From positions 23,080 to 87,079 of the forward strand of contig CAAGID010000018.1 in NCBI GenBank assembly GCA_900769815.1: a DNA stretch of 64,000 bases. Reading direction: 5' to 3'. Position numbers and translations under genes: made by a program. Each line of letters opens with the position of its first letter. The stretch's first letter is position 1. The notes below the pieces were generated by a model, which saw only the letters and a list, made by a program, of their open reading frames with translations, did not search any database and was not told the DNA's origin. Positions 9,966-20,166 of the stretch are shown in pieces. Source of the DNA: Clostridia bacterium (lineage in GTDB: Bacteria; Bacillota; Clostridia; Christensenellales; QALW01).

Positions 9966-11099
9966 ATGTTGAATAACAGATTGAATAAAAACAGAATAAT
10001 TTTATTAGTGGTTGCTTTAGTTTCGATTATCAGTATTATTGCACTTTTGTTAGTTGTTTTTATTCCTAAAACGGATAAAATTGTTTACGAAATTCATTAT
10101 GAGGGCGTAAGTGGAGAGGGAATTGTTTTCAGAAATGAAAGATTTGTTGACCTATCCGATTACGAAAAAATTTCATATAACAACATTATAGACGGTCAGT
10201 TTGTGTCGGCAGGTACGAATATTGCATCTGCGTATAAAAAGGGGTATATAAAAACAACACTTGAAAAGCTTACTGAAACCGAAAAAAATATAGTTACCTA
10301 TCAAAATCAAAATATTATTACCGAATTTGATGATAAGACAATACGTAATTATGATTTTGAAATTGAAGTTATAATAAAGAAGATGTCAGAAGAAAATAGC
10401 GGTAATATTGAATTATACGGTGAACTTTGTAACTTGATGAGAAAACGTCAGGAATATATAAGAGGGGCTTTTAATACTGAAAACAACAATTACTTGCAGG
10501 GGCTCTATACCGACGAAATCACACTTACTGAATCATTGCAAAATTGGTGTGACGTTTTTTGTGCTACTGATGATTGTTTTATAGGCTTTTACTGTGACGG
10601 ATATGAAAGAGAATTTAATTTTGAAAAAGCTAATAATATATCATATAAAGAGATTTCCAACTTATTAAAAAAAGAATATAACGCTGATTTAAATGGTTTT
10701 AAACTCATAAATGACGGTAAATGGTATATTGCTGTAACGGTAGACGATTCTTCGCTTTTTTCTGTGGGAAGCTGTTATCCTGTATATCTAAATAATGAAA
10801 AAGAAAGTGAAGCAGGCTTACTTGAAAAAATTGTTGAAGATAAAAACGAATGTATTCTTGTATTCAGTTTTGAGGAAAATGTTGAAAAATATATAAATGT
10901 AAGAAAAACAAATATTTTTGTTGGTCAAAGGTTTGAAGGCTTCTGTTTGGATGCTGATTTTGTGGAGAATAATGAAGTAACTGTAAAAAATAACAAAGAA
11001 AAGTACAGTATTCCCGTAAACGTTACTTTTAAAAATGAAAGAATGGTTATTTTTGATATAACAGACCAACTTGAAGTAGGACAGAAGGTGTATAAATGA
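9966..11099 (+). CDS. membrane-anchored hypothetical protein, possibly HlyD/membrane-fusion-like
   Basis: It has a single N-terminal TM, a coiled-coil-like stretch (TLEKLTETEKNIV) and lipoyl-like strings (IIDGQFVSAGTNIA, LEVGQKVY). No firm family match can be made by eye. Confidence 0.35.
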   Translation: MLNNRLNKNRIILLVVALVSIISIIALLLVVFIPKTDKIVYEIHYEGVSGEGIVFRNERFVDLSDYEKISYNNIIDGQFVSAGTNIASAYKKGYIKTTLEKLTETEKNIVTYQNQNIITEFDDKTIRNYDFEIEVIIKKMSEENSGNIELYGELCNLMRKRQEYIRGAFNTENNNYLQGLYTDEITLTESLQNWCDVFCATDDCFIGFYCDGYEREFNFEKANNISYKEISNLLKKEYNADLNGFKLINDGKWYIAVTVDDSSLFSVGSCYPVYLNNEKESEAGLLEKIVEDKNECILVFSFEENVEKYINVRKTNIFVGQRFEGFCLDADFVENNEVTVKNNKEKYSIPVNVTFKNERMVIFDITDQLEVGQKVYK

Positions 11100-11785
11100 C
11101 AATTCTTGAAAGATACAACACGGTAAGAGAAAATGTTGAAAAAGCTTGTTCTCAATGCGAAAGAAGAATTGATGATGTAAAGATTATTGCGGTAACAAAA
11201 ACAAGAACTGCTGATGAAATAAACAAGGTGATTTCAGCAGGAGCTTCAATTATCGGCGAAAATAGAGTGCAGGAATTCTTAGAAAAATATGAATATCTTG
11301 ATAAAGGTGCAGAATTTCACTTAATTGGTCAGCTACAGAGTAATAAAGTAAAATATATTGCAGATAAAGTTTCGTTAATTCATTCCTTAGATAGAGTTTC
11401 TCTTGCTGAGGAACTTGACAAAATCTGTCAAAAGAAAGATTTGAAAGAAATAAAAACTCTTGTTGAGGTTAATATTGGTCACGAAACAACAAAATCAGGA
11501 GTTTTACCTGAGAATTTATCGGAATTTCTTGACATTTTGATAAATTTTAGGTATATTAAACCTATAGGACTAATGACTGTTGCACCTTTAGATGCTACAG
11601 AACTTGAACAGAACCGATATTTTGAAAAAATGCGTCAGTTGTTGGATATTGGGAAAAGCCGATTTGGTCAGCAATTTTCAGAATTATCTATGGGAATGAG
11701 CAGAGATTATATGACGGCAATAAAACAAGGTTCGACAATGGTCCGTATAGGTACAGCATTATTTGGAGAAAGAAATTATAAATAG
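11096..11785 (+). CDS. YggS/YlmE family pyridoxal-phosphate homeostasis protein
   Basis: It contains IIAVTKTR (the PLP-binding Lys region), HLIGQLQSNK and MGMS.DY. It sits upstream of sepF. Confidence 0.9.
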   Translation: MTILERYNTVRENVEKACSQCERRIDDVKIIAVTKTRTADEINKVISAGASIIGENRVQEFLEKYEYLDKGAEFHLIGQLQSNKVKYIADKVSLIHSLDRVSLAEELDKICQKKDLKEIKTLVEVNIGHETTKSGVLPENLSEFLDILINFRYIKPIGLMTVAPLDATELEQNRYFEKMRQLLDIGKSRFGQQFSELSMGMSRDYMTAIKQGSTMVRIGTALFGERNYK

Positions 11786-11796
11786 GGGGATATATT

Positions 11797-12294
11797 ATGT
11801 CACAGGAAAAGAGAAATAAGTTTTTAGAATTTTTTGGTTTCGGCGGTGCCGACGAGTATGAAGACGAAGAAGAATATTTTGATGGCGAGGATTATGAAAC
11901 ACCTGTAAGGTCACGCAGGGAAGAAACTTATGAAGATGAAAAGCCTCGCAGAGCAAGAAAGCCTAAGGTTGTTCCCGTTCAGGACAGATCTGGTGGAGTA
12001 AAATCAAGCGTTGTTATTTATTCACCTAAGACCTACAACGATGCACAGCCCCTTGTTATGCAACTTATTCAGCATAAGCACGTTATTATTAAGTTGGACA
12101 AGGTTGACAGACGTGTTGGCCAGCGTATTCTTGATTTTATGAGCGGTGCCGCATATGCAAGTGATGCTCAGGTTACAGAAGTATCAAAAGGAAGCATCTA
12201 TCTTTTTGCCTCCAATCAGACGTATATTGATAAATCAGACGATATTTCTTCTGAATCCGGCGATGAAGGTTTTATGCTTGAGGATGATTTTTAA
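11797..12294 (+). CDS. sepF: cell division protein SepF
   Basis: An acidic N-terminus is followed by a conserved core (VVIYSPKTYNDAQ..IIKLDKVD....RILDFMSGAAYA). Confidence 0.9.
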   Translation: MSQEKRNKFLEFFGFGGADEYEDEEEYFDGEDYETPVRSRREETYEDEKPRRARKPKVVPVQDRSGGVKSSVVIYSPKTYNDAQPLVMQLIQHKHVIIKLDKVDRRVGQRILDFMSGAAYASDAQVTEVSKGSIYLFASNQTYIDKSDDISSESGDEGFMLEDDF

Positions 12295-12317
12295 AATTCA
12301 CAGAATGAAGGTTTGAT

Positions 12318-12710
12318 ATGAAAGATATTTCTACACCCTTTACTATTGAGCGTAAAGGGTATAACCGATTTGAAGTAGAACAGTGTATAAAAAAACTCGA
12401 AAGTAATATTTCAAACTTAGAGTACGAGGTTAGCACACTTAAGAGTCAATTAGCTTCTGTTATTTTTCAAAAAGCTGAACTTGAAAATAAACGGGCATTG
12501 ATTGAAGATACGCTGATAAATGCCGAACTTGCTGCACGCGATATTCTTCTTCAGGCAGAAAATAAGGCTGCGGAAGCTGAAAAAATTTATCAGATTGAGT
12601 GTGAAAAAATTGAGAAGAAATATGCTGAGCGTAAAGAGGACCTTGAACAGGTTATCAAACGTGTTGAGTATGTTTTAAAATCTCAGCTTGCTTTGATAGA
12701 AAAAGAATAA
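12318..12710 (+). CDS. DivIVA domain-containing protein
   Basis: The N-terminus has the DivIVA motif F..ERKGYNRFEV..CI, followed by a coiled coil. Confidence 0.8.
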   Translation: MKDISTPFTIERKGYNRFEVEQCIKKLESNISNLEYEVSTLKSQLASVIFQKAELENKRALIEDTLINAELAARDILLQAENKAAEAEKIYQIECEKIEKKYAERKEDLEQVIKRVEYVLKSQLALIEKE

Positions 12711-12750
12711 AAAATTATTTTTATGAGTAAAATAGTTTTGGTGATTTTTT

Positions 12751-13020
12751 TTGAAAAAAGCAAAAATTGTAACTGCAAAGACGTCACGCATTATTGCTTG
12801 GTCAGTATTGCGTGATTATTTGTATTATCTTTCAGATACTAAACGTATAATTTTAAATAATTTTATTGCAGGCTTATTTAAAGGAATAGGAAATGCAGTT
12901 GGATTTTTTATAATCGGTGCAATTCTGATTTATTTGATATCGTTGCTTGCATCAAGAAATTTGCCTATTATAGGCGATTTTCTTCAAGAAATAATAAATT
13001 TGATTAAATACAGGTATTGA
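12751..13020 (+). CDS. small membrane protein (DUF5665-like)
   Basis: It uses a TTG start. Its pattern NFIAGLFKGIGNAVGFFIIGAILIY...LPIIGDF resembles that family as I recall it. Confidence 0.5.
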   Translation: MKKAKIVTAKTSRIIAWSVLRDYLYYLSDTKRIILNNFIAGLFKGIGNAVGFFIIGAILIYLISLLASRNLPIIGDFLQEIINLIKYRY

Positions 13021-13021
13021 T

Positions 13022-13558
13022 ATGTTATTTATTTTAATTCTTGCTTTTGTTATTTTTGTTGCTGACCAACTTTCTAAGTTGTTTGTTGTTGGTTTTTTTG
13101 TCGAAGCAAATGCACCGATATTTACCGGAATGCTTACTTTTGAGGGGCAATCTGTAAGCATTATTGATAAAGTTTTCTCTTTTACATACGTCCTTAATAA
13201 CGGTGCGGCGTTTGGTATATTAAAAAATCAAAGATTATTTTTTTTAATTACTACCGTTGTAGTTTGCGTAGGCGGAATTATTTTGCTTATGAGATATCCT
13301 AAAAAGCATATGCTTTTAAAACTTTCTTCTGCGTTTATTCTTGGCGGTGCCCTTGGAAATCTTTTTGACAGGGTCATTATTGGTGTTGTTAGAGACTTCC
13401 TTGATGCAACCTTTGTTGAAACTTTGACAACTTATAGATTTCCTGTTTTTAACGTAGCAGATATTTTTGTGGTTGTTGGTGTTATAATGCTTGGCGTGTA
13501 TATTTTATTTATTCACGATAAAGTGTATCCTCCGGAAAAGCAGGAAAAGAAAAAATGA
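13022..13558 (+). CDS. lspA: lipoprotein signal peptidase (signal peptidase II)
   Basis: It has the motifs NNGAAFG and FNVADIFVVVG and is a 4-TM protein. Confidence 0.9.
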   Translation: MLFILILAFVIFVADQLSKLFVVGFFVEANAPIFTGMLTFEGQSVSIIDKVFSFTYVLNNGAAFGILKNQRLFFLITTVVVCVGGIILLMRYPKKHMLLKLSSAFILGGALGNLFDRVIIGVVRDFLDATFVETLTTYRFPVFNVADIFVVVGVIMLGVYILFIHDKVYPPEKQEKKK

Positions 13559-14460
13559 ATGAAATATTTTTTGCTGCTGAAGAAAGTGCAAAAAGGGCAG
13601 ATGCATATATCTCACAGAAAATTCCTGACATTTCCCGCAATGAATGTGTTAAGCTTATTGAAAACGGAAAAATATTGGTAAACAATTTACCTATAACAAA
13701 AAAACAGAGCATATCTGTTGGTGACGTTATTCATATTCTTAGTACTGAAAACGAAGAAATTGACATAATACCCGAAAATATACCATTAGAAATAATATAT
13801 CAGGATAAGGATATTGCTGTTATAAATAAACCGCAGGGAATGGTTGTGCATCCTGCACACGGAAATTATAGTGGTACCCTTGTTCATGCAGTTTTATACC
13901 ACATTAAGGATCTTTCGGGCATAAACGGAGTAATGCGTCCGGGGATTGTGCATAGGCTTGACAAGAACACTTCAGGTTTAATTGTAATTGCAAAAAATGA
14001 TAATGCACATAACTTGCTTGCCGAGCAGTTTAAGGATAGAACGTGTTTGAAAATTTATCTTGCACTGGCTGAAGGTGTTTTTAAGGACACAAAATTTTCT
14101 GTTGAAAATTATATAGGCAGAAGTAAGAATGACCGCAAAAAAATGGCTGTATATTCATCGGAAAAGGATGGTAAGTTTGCAAGTACTGACTTTACCGTAA
14201 CTAAGCAGTTTAAGGATTATGCACTTATTGAATGTAAGCTTAATACAGGAAGGACTCATCAGATACGTTTGCATCTTGCGTCGGTAGGTCATCCTTGTTT
14301 GGGCGACCCTGAATATGGCTTTAAAAAGAATAGGTTTAATCTTAACGGACAAATGCTTCATTCGTATATTTTGGAGATTAATCATCCTACAACAGGACAA
14401 AGAATGAAATTTGTTGCACCAATCCCAGAATATATGAAAAAACTTATTGATAAAGTATAA
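13555..14460 (+). CDS. rluD: RluA-family 23S rRNA pseudouridine synthase (RluD-like)
   Basis: It has an S4-like N-terminus, the catalytic motif HRLDKNTSGL, and TGRTHQIR. Confidence 0.9.
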   Translation: MNEIFFAAEESAKRADAYISQKIPDISRNECVKLIENGKILVNNLPITKKQSISVGDVIHILSTENEEIDIIPENIPLEIIYQDKDIAVINKPQGMVVHPAHGNYSGTLVHAVLYHIKDLSGINGVMRPGIVHRLDKNTSGLIVIAKNDNAHNLLAEQFKDRTCLKIYLALAEGVFKDTKFSVENYIGRSKNDRKKMAVYSSEKDGKFASTDFTVTKQFKDYALIECKLNTGRTHQIRLHLASVGHPCLGDPEYGFKKNRFNLNGQMLHSYILEINHPTTGQRMKFVAPIPEYMKKLIDKV

Positions 14461-14465
14461 ATCGG

Positions 14466-14495
14466 TTGACAAAGTTTTGTGCTTTGGTATATAAT
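14466..14495 (+). promoter_or_regulatory. sigmaA-type promoter for the thrS leader
   Basis: TTGACA is followed after 17-18 nt by an extended -10, tggTATATAAT. Confidence 0.6.
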
Positions 14496-14499
14496 TTAA

Positions 14500-14712
14500 T
14501 TGTTGAGATGATTTAGGACACGTCTTTTGTGTAATCAGGCTTCAGAGAGGTTATCGTTTGCTGAAAGATAACTGCCGAAAAACTTAAGGATACCACCTGA
14601 TGATCAAATCGGATTGCTCCGTTATCGGCTTAAATGAGAACCAATATGGGTGGAACCACGTGTATTTTTTACTCGTCCCTGTTAATTAACAGAGGCGGGT
14701 TTGTTTTTTTAT
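14500..14712 (+). ncRNA. T-box leader (threonine specifier) with terminator/antiterminator
   Basis: Stem I shows GA and AGAGA motifs. The specifier region is gatACCACCtga (ACC = Thr). The T-box sequence aatatGGGTGGaACCacg is at 14644-14661. A terminator hairpin and T-run lie at about 14674-14710, immediately upstream of thrS. Confidence 0.85.
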
Positions 14713-14724
14713 TGGAGGGGTTTT

Positions 14725-16653
14725 ATGAAAATTATTTTACCTGATAATTCTGTAAAAGAATACGAAAATGGTGTTTGTGCAAAACAAGTTGCCGAAGAAA
14801 TAAGTGCAGGTCTTGCTTTAAATGCAGTTGCAGCAGTTGCTAACGGCAAACTTGTTGACCTTGAGCACACTTTAACTGAGGATACAGAGCTTTCAATAGT
14901 AACAAAGAGGGATCCTTTATATCTTAATGTTCTTCGTCATACTGCCAGCCACGTGCTTGCTCAGGCAATTATGCGTCTTTATCCAGGTACAAAGCTTGCA
15001 ATTGGTCCTGCCATTGATACAGGATTTTATTATGATTTTGATTTTACAACACCTGTCAACGCAAATGATATTGATAAAATTGAAAAGGAAATGACAAGGA
15101 TTGCTCAGGAAAAGCTTGAGCTTAAGCGTTATCTTCTTTCAAAAGCAGATGCACTTGAAAAAATGAAAGACCAACCCTATAAACAGGAACTTATTTCTGA
15201 ACTTTCTGACGGCGAAGAAATTTCTTTCTATGAACAAGGCGAGTTTACTGACCTTTGTGCAGGTCCACACCTTAAAAACACGTCAGAAATCAAAAATTTC
15301 AAGATTTTATCAATTACAGGAGCATACTGGCGTGGAAGTGAGAAGAACAAAATGCTTACCCGTATTTATGCTACTGCATTTAATAAAAAGCAAGAGCTTG
15401 ATGATTATCTTGTTCAGCTTGAGGAAGCTAAAAAGCGTGACCACAATAAGCTTGGCAGAGAATTAGAACTTTTTACAACGAGCGACGTTATCGGTCAGGG
15501 ACTTCCCATTATGCTTCCTAAGGGTGCAAGGGTTATTCAGCTTTTACAGAGATTTGTTGAAGATGAAGAACAAAAACGCGGTTGGCTTTTAACAAAAACA
15601 CCTTTAATGGCAAAAAGTGACCTCTATAAAATAAGCGGACATTGGGACCATTATCAGGATGGTATGTTCGTTATGGGTAATGAAGAAACGGATGAGGAAG
15701 TTTTTGCACTTCGTCCTATGACTTGTCCTTTCCAGTATCAGGCATATCTTAACAGACCCAGATCATACAGAGACCTTCCCTTAAGATATAATGAAACTTC
15801 AACACTTTTTAGAAACGAAGCATCAGGTGAAATGCACGGTCTTATTCGTGTTCGTCAGTTTACCATTTCTGAAGGCCATCTTATGTGCACTCCTGAACAA
15901 CTTGAAGACGAGTTTAAGAATTGCCTTGAACTTTGTAACTATATGCTCAAAACAATAGGTCTTTATGAAGACGTTTCCTACAGATTCTCACAATGGGATC
16001 CAGAAAACAGAGAAAAGTATATTGGTACCGTTGAACAGTGGGATGAAGCACAGGGCGTAATGAAGCGTATTCTTGACCATTTGGGTATTGAATATAAGAT
16101 TGGCATAGGCGAAGCAGCCTTCTATGGTCCTAAGCTTGATATTCAGATTAAAAACGTTCATGGCAAGGAAGATACGCTTATTACTATTCAAATTGACCAG
16201 ATGCTTGCTGAAAAATTCGGAATGGAATACACTGATAAAGACGGAAGTAAAAAGCATCCTTATATTATTCACAGAACCTCCATTGGCTGCTATGAAAGAA
16301 CCCTTGCACTTCTTATCGAAAAATTTGCAGGTGCATTCCCGACTTGGCTTGCACCCGTTCAGGTTAAGGTTATGAATCTTACCGACCGTACAGATGATGC
16401 TTGCAAAAAACTTGTTGAAAAACTCCAGGATGCAAATCTTCGCGTTGAATATGATAACAGAAATGAGAAAATCGGCTATAAGATTCGTGAAGCACAACTT
16501 GAAAAAATTCCTTATATGCTTATTATCGGTGACAGAGAAGCAGAGGAAGGCAAGATTTCTGTTCGTTCAAGAAAAGAAGGAGATCTTGGCACGATGACCG
16601 CTGATGAATTCTTATCAAAGATTTTATTGGAAGTTCACACAAAACAGCTTTAA
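14725..16653 (+). CDS. thrS: threonine--tRNA ligase
   Basis: The ATG at 14725 follows a ggagggg RBS. It has a TGS N-terminus and class II motifs (FRNEASGEMHGLIRVRQFT). The upstream ORF extension overlaps the T-box terminator. Confidence 0.95.
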   Translation: MKIILPDNSVKEYENGVCAKQVAEEISAGLALNAVAAVANGKLVDLEHTLTEDTELSIVTKRDPLYLNVLRHTASHVLAQAIMRLYPGTKLAIGPAIDTGFYYDFDFTTPVNANDIDKIEKEMTRIAQEKLELKRYLLSKADALEKMKDQPYKQELISELSDGEEISFYEQGEFTDLCAGPHLKNTSEIKNFKILSITGAYWRGSEKNKMLTRIYATAFNKKQELDDYLVQLEEAKKRDHNKLGRELELFTTSDVIGQGLPIMLPKGARVIQLLQRFVEDEEQKRGWLLTKTPLMAKSDLYKISGHWDHYQDGMFVMGNEETDEEVFALRPMTCPFQYQAYLNRPRSYRDLPLRYNETSTLFRNEASGEMHGLIRVRQFTISEGHLMCTPEQLEDEFKNCLELCNYMLKTIGLYEDVSYRFSQWDPENREKYIGTVEQWDEAQGVMKRILDHLGIEYKIGIGEAAFYGPKLDIQIKNVHGKEDTLITIQIDQMLAEKFGMEYTDKDGSKKHPYIIHRTSIGCYERTLALLIEKFAGAFPTWLAPVQVKVMNLTDRTDDACKKLVEKLQDANLRVEYDNRNEKIGYKIREAQLEKIPYMLIIGDREAEEGKISVRSRKEGDLGTMTADEFLSKILLEVHTKQL

Positions 16654-16699
16654 TCTATAAAAATGTATTTTAATTCTTAAAATTTATAAATATGCATAC

Positions 16700-16727
16700 T
16701 TGCAAAATAAAAATTATATGGTATAAT
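16700..16727 (+). promoter_or_regulatory. sigmaA-type promoter upstream of dxs
   Basis: TTGCAA is followed after 16 nt by an extended -10, TGgTATAAT. Confidence 0.5.
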
Positions 16728-16765
16728 ATTATAAAATATTATACCATTTTTTTGTGAGATTTTTT

Positions 16766-18577
16766 ATGCTTGAGAAGATTTGTTTTCCTAAAGATTTAAA
16801 AAAACTTAATATAGAAGAGTTGGAATTACTTGCAAAAGATATTCGTGAGAAGATAATTGAGATAACCCTTAAAAATGGCGGACATCTTGCTTCTAATCTT
16901 GGAACGGTTGAATTAACTATTGCACTTCACTATGTTTTTGATATGCCAGTTGATAAGATTATTTTTGACGTAGGACATCAAGCTTACACTCATAAAATAC
17001 TTACGGGCAGAAAAGAATTGTTTTCTAAATTAAGAATGCAGGATGGGTTAAGTGGTTTTCCAACACATAGAGAAAGCGAATATGACGTTTTCGATGCGGG
17101 ACATTCTTCAACTTCAATTTCAGCTGCGTTAGGTATAGCAAGAGCACGTGATATTAAAGGCGAGAATTATAAGGTTGTTGCTGTAATAGGCGATGGTGCT
17201 ATAGGTGGCGGAATGTCTTTGGAGGCATTAAATGATGCAGGTTCAACCAAGAAAACAGATATGATAATCGTACTTAACGATAATGAAATGTCTATTTCAA
17301 AAAATGTTGGTGCAGTATCTAAGAATCTGACGAAATTACGTTCTGCAAAAAAGTATATTATCAGCAAAAACAGATTTAAAAATTTCTTAAATAAAATAGA
17401 TGATTCAAGTAAATTGTCTGATTTTTTTGCACATTTAAGAAATACGCTCAGATATCTGCTTATTGGCGAAAATATTTTTGAGGCAATGGATATAACGTAT
17501 CTTGGTCCTATTGACGGTCATTCAATTAAAGACTTAATTGATATTTTTACAAGAGCAAAAGATTGCAGTGGACCTGTTATAATACATACAAAAACTAAAA
17601 AGGGAAAGGGCTATCCTGATGCCGAAAAAAATCCTGAGAAATTTCACGGCGTTTCACCCAAAAAAGATAAATGTGAAAAAGAATTATCCTTTAATAAAGT
17701 CTTGGGCGACACCTTATGTAAATTAAGAAAAAAAGATTCTTCTATATGCGCTATTACTGCAGGTATGACTTATAATACCGGTTTGCTTGAATTTTCTCAA
17801 AAATATAAAGAGAATTTTTATGACACGGGTATAGCAGAACAGCATGCTATAGCAATGGCGGGCGGTCTTGCAAAAGGCGGAATGAAACCTGTTGTAGTTA
17901 TTTATTCAACCTTTCTTCAGCGTGGCTTTGACCAGATATTTCACGATATTTGCTTACAGGAAGTTCCTGTAACTATTTGTGTTGACCACGCAGGTTTAAC
18001 CGGTGAAGACGGTGCAACACATCAGGGAATATATGACCTTGGATTTTTGAGGTCAATGCCGGGATTAACTGTATTAGAGCCCCGTGATACTGATGAATTT
18101 AAAAGTATGCTTGAGTATTCTGTTATGAGCGGCAAGCCCACAGCCATCAGATATCCTAAAGGAGCTTGCGAAAAAATTGTTGGCGAAAAACCTTTTATAA
18201 GCCTTGGTTGGGACTACGTTTTAAGAAATAATAACGGAACAGTTATATCCTTTGGCACATCTCTTACCGTAGGAAAAAAAGTTGCTGAAGCACTTAATAT
18301 GTCTTTAATCGATGCAAGAGTTTTAAAGCCCTTAGATACGGATATTTTACAGCAAATCAAGGATAAAAAAATTTGTGTTATAGAAGACAATGTATCTGAA
18401 GGCGGTTTATTTGAGGGGATTTTAAAATACTATTCATCAGAAAAAATAAATGTTGATATTTGCGGATTTTCTCTGAAGGATGATTTTGTTAAAATTGGTT
18501 CAGTGAAAGAACAGTTTAAATCAAACTGTATTGATGCTGATTCCATAATTGAAAATATAAAAGATGAGATTAGATAA
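16766..18577 (+). CDS. dxs: 1-deoxy-D-xylulose-5-phosphate synthase
   Basis: It has GGHLASNLG, the TPP motif GDGAIGGGMSLEALN, and AEQHA. Confidence 0.95.
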   Translation: MLEKICFPKDLKKLNIEELELLAKDIREKIIEITLKNGGHLASNLGTVELTIALHYVFDMPVDKIIFDVGHQAYTHKILTGRKELFSKLRMQDGLSGFPTHRESEYDVFDAGHSSTSISAALGIARARDIKGENYKVVAVIGDGAIGGGMSLEALNDAGSTKKTDMIIVLNDNEMSISKNVGAVSKNLTKLRSAKKYIISKNRFKNFLNKIDDSSKLSDFFAHLRNTLRYLLIGENIFEAMDITYLGPIDGHSIKDLIDIFTRAKDCSGPVIIHTKTKKGKGYPDAEKNPEKFHGVSPKKDKCEKELSFNKVLGDTLCKLRKKDSSICAITAGMTYNTGLLEFSQKYKENFYDTGIAEQHAIAMAGGLAKGGMKPVVVIYSTFLQRGFDQIFHDICLQEVPVTICVDHAGLTGEDGATHQGIYDLGFLRSMPGLTVLEPRDTDEFKSMLEYSVMSGKPTAIRYPKGACEKIVGEKPFISLGWDYVLRNNNGTVISFGTSLTVGKKVAEALNMSLIDARVLKPLDTDILQQIKDKKICVIEDNVSEGGLFEGILKYYSSEKINVDICGFSLKDDFVKIGSVKEQFKSNCIDADSIIENIKDEIR

Positions 18578-19328
18578 AGCGATTTTTGAAAAAGGTTTAG
18601 TTCAGTCAAGAAGCCGTGCATCTTTATTAATTAATGAAAACAGTGTAAAAGTTAATGGTAAAATAATTTCAAAGGCATCTTATGACGTAAAAGACAAGGA
18701 TATTATTGAAGTTATTGATTCCATTGGATACGTTGGCAGAGGCGGACTGAAACTTGAAGCAGCACTAAAAAATTTTAATATTGACGTTTCAGGTAAAGAT
18801 GCTCTTGATATTGGTGCTTCAACAGGCGGTTTTACACAATGTCTTTTAAAATTTAATGCTAAAAGCGTTGTTGCGGTTGACGTTGGGTACGGTCAGTTGC
18901 ATGAAAGCTTATTAAGAGATAATCGTGTGACTTTAATGGAAAAATTCAACGCTAAAAATCTTACTCCAGAAGTTATTGGGGGCAAAAAAGATATTATAGT
19001 AATGGATGTATCCTTTATTTCGCAGACAGAGATATTTGAAGCTATGTTTTCTTGTCTTAAAGATAATGGCGTTGCCGTAACTCTTGTAAAACCACAATTT
19101 GAAGTGGGAAGTAAAAATTTAAATAAAAAGGGAATAGTAAAGGATAAGAAAATTTATTCTGACGTTTTCTTAAAAATTCAAAACTGTGCGCAGAAGTATG
19201 GTTATTCAGTATTTAACATATGTGATTCGCCAATACTCGGCGGTGACGGAAACAAAGAATTTTTATTTGAAATAAGGCCAGGAGGAAGCAATTTTAATAA
19301 TTTGCTTGAAGCGAGGATAAAAAATTGA
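18564..19328 (+). CDS. tlyA: TlyA family rRNA (cytidine-2'-O)-methyltransferase
   Basis: An S4 domain N-terminus is followed by the FtsJ-like SAM motif DIGASTGGFTQ. Confidence 0.85.
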   Translation: MRLDKAIFEKGLVQSRSRASLLINENSVKVNGKIISKASYDVKDKDIIEVIDSIGYVGRGGLKLEAALKNFNIDVSGKDALDIGASTGGFTQCLLKFNAKSVVAVDVGYGQLHESLLRDNRVTLMEKFNAKNLTPEVIGGKKDIIVMDVSFISQTEIFEAMFSCLKDNGVAVTLVKPQFEVGSKNLNKKGIVKDKKIYSDVFLKIQNCAQKYGYSVFNICDSPILGGDGNKEFLFEIRPGGSNFNNLLEARIKN

Positions 19329-20161
19329 AAAGAATAGGAATTTACGTTAATATAAACAAGGATGCTAAATTATCAACAACGAATAAAATTGTTGAATATG
19401 CTGAGAAAGAAGGGTTTCAATGTGAGATTCTTATTGATCGCAAAAATTTGGGTGAATCATCAGTAAATGACAAAATTATAAAAACACTTGATTTAATTAT
19501 TGTCCTTGGTGGCGATGGTACTATTTTGCGTGTTGCATCAATTGCTGCTAAGGAGAATATTCCTGTTTTATCAGTTAACCTTGGTCACCTTGGATTTTTA
19601 ACTGAGCTTGAACTTGATGAGATTGAAGAGGGAATTAAAAAAATTAAAGAAAATGATTTCTTGATTGAGAAAAGAATGATGCTTTCCTGTGATATTAACG
19701 GAAAAGAAATTTTAGCATTAAATGACGTTTGCCTGCAAAGAGCAAGCAGAGCTCGGCTTCTGAAATTTAATGCATATGCAGGCAATGAATTTATTGATTC
19801 CTTATCTGCTGATGGTGTGCTTGTATCTTCGCCTACGGGATCAACTGCTTATTCGCTTTCTGCAGGCGGGCCTATTATTAGTCCTAAAGTAAATTTGCTT
19901 TTAATGACGCCTATTTGTGCACATACCTTGAGAGCTCGTCCCATTGTCTTTAGTGATGATGAAGTTCTTACTTTTAAAACTAATGAAAAATGCGGTTTTG
20001 CGGTTATTTGTGATGGTGTTCATTTGCATAGCGACGAGGTTATTTCTATAGTAAAAGTATCGAGGTCGCAATATTACTTAAAGCTAATTAAATTTAAGCA
20101 AGAGAGCTTTTTTGACAGACTGCAACGTAAGTTCGTTGAGTGGAATAATAACAGGGAGTAA
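19325..20161 (+). CDS. nadK: NAD kinase
   Basis: It uses a TTG start overlapping the tlyA stop. Motifs are VLGGDGTILR and SSPTGSTAYSLSAGGPI. Confidence 0.9.
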   Translation: MKRIGIYVNINKDAKLSTTNKIVEYAEKEGFQCEILIDRKNLGESSVNDKIIKTLDLIIVLGGDGTILRVASIAAKENIPVLSVNLGHLGFLTELELDEIEEGIKKIKENDFLIEKRMMLSCDINGKEILALNDVCLQRASRARLLKFNAYAGNEFIDSLSADGVLVSSPTGSTAYSLSAGGPIISPKVNLLLMTPICAHTLRARPIVFSDDEVLTFKTNEKCGFAVICDGVHLHSDEVISIVKVSRSQYYLKLIKFKQESFFDRLQRKFVEWNNNRE

Positions 20162-20166
20162 TAAAT

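Noticed and set aside
14701-14724. Upstream TTG start for thrS in the ORF track.
   Set aside because: It lies inside the T-run of the T-box terminator. The ATG at 14725 has a proper RBS.
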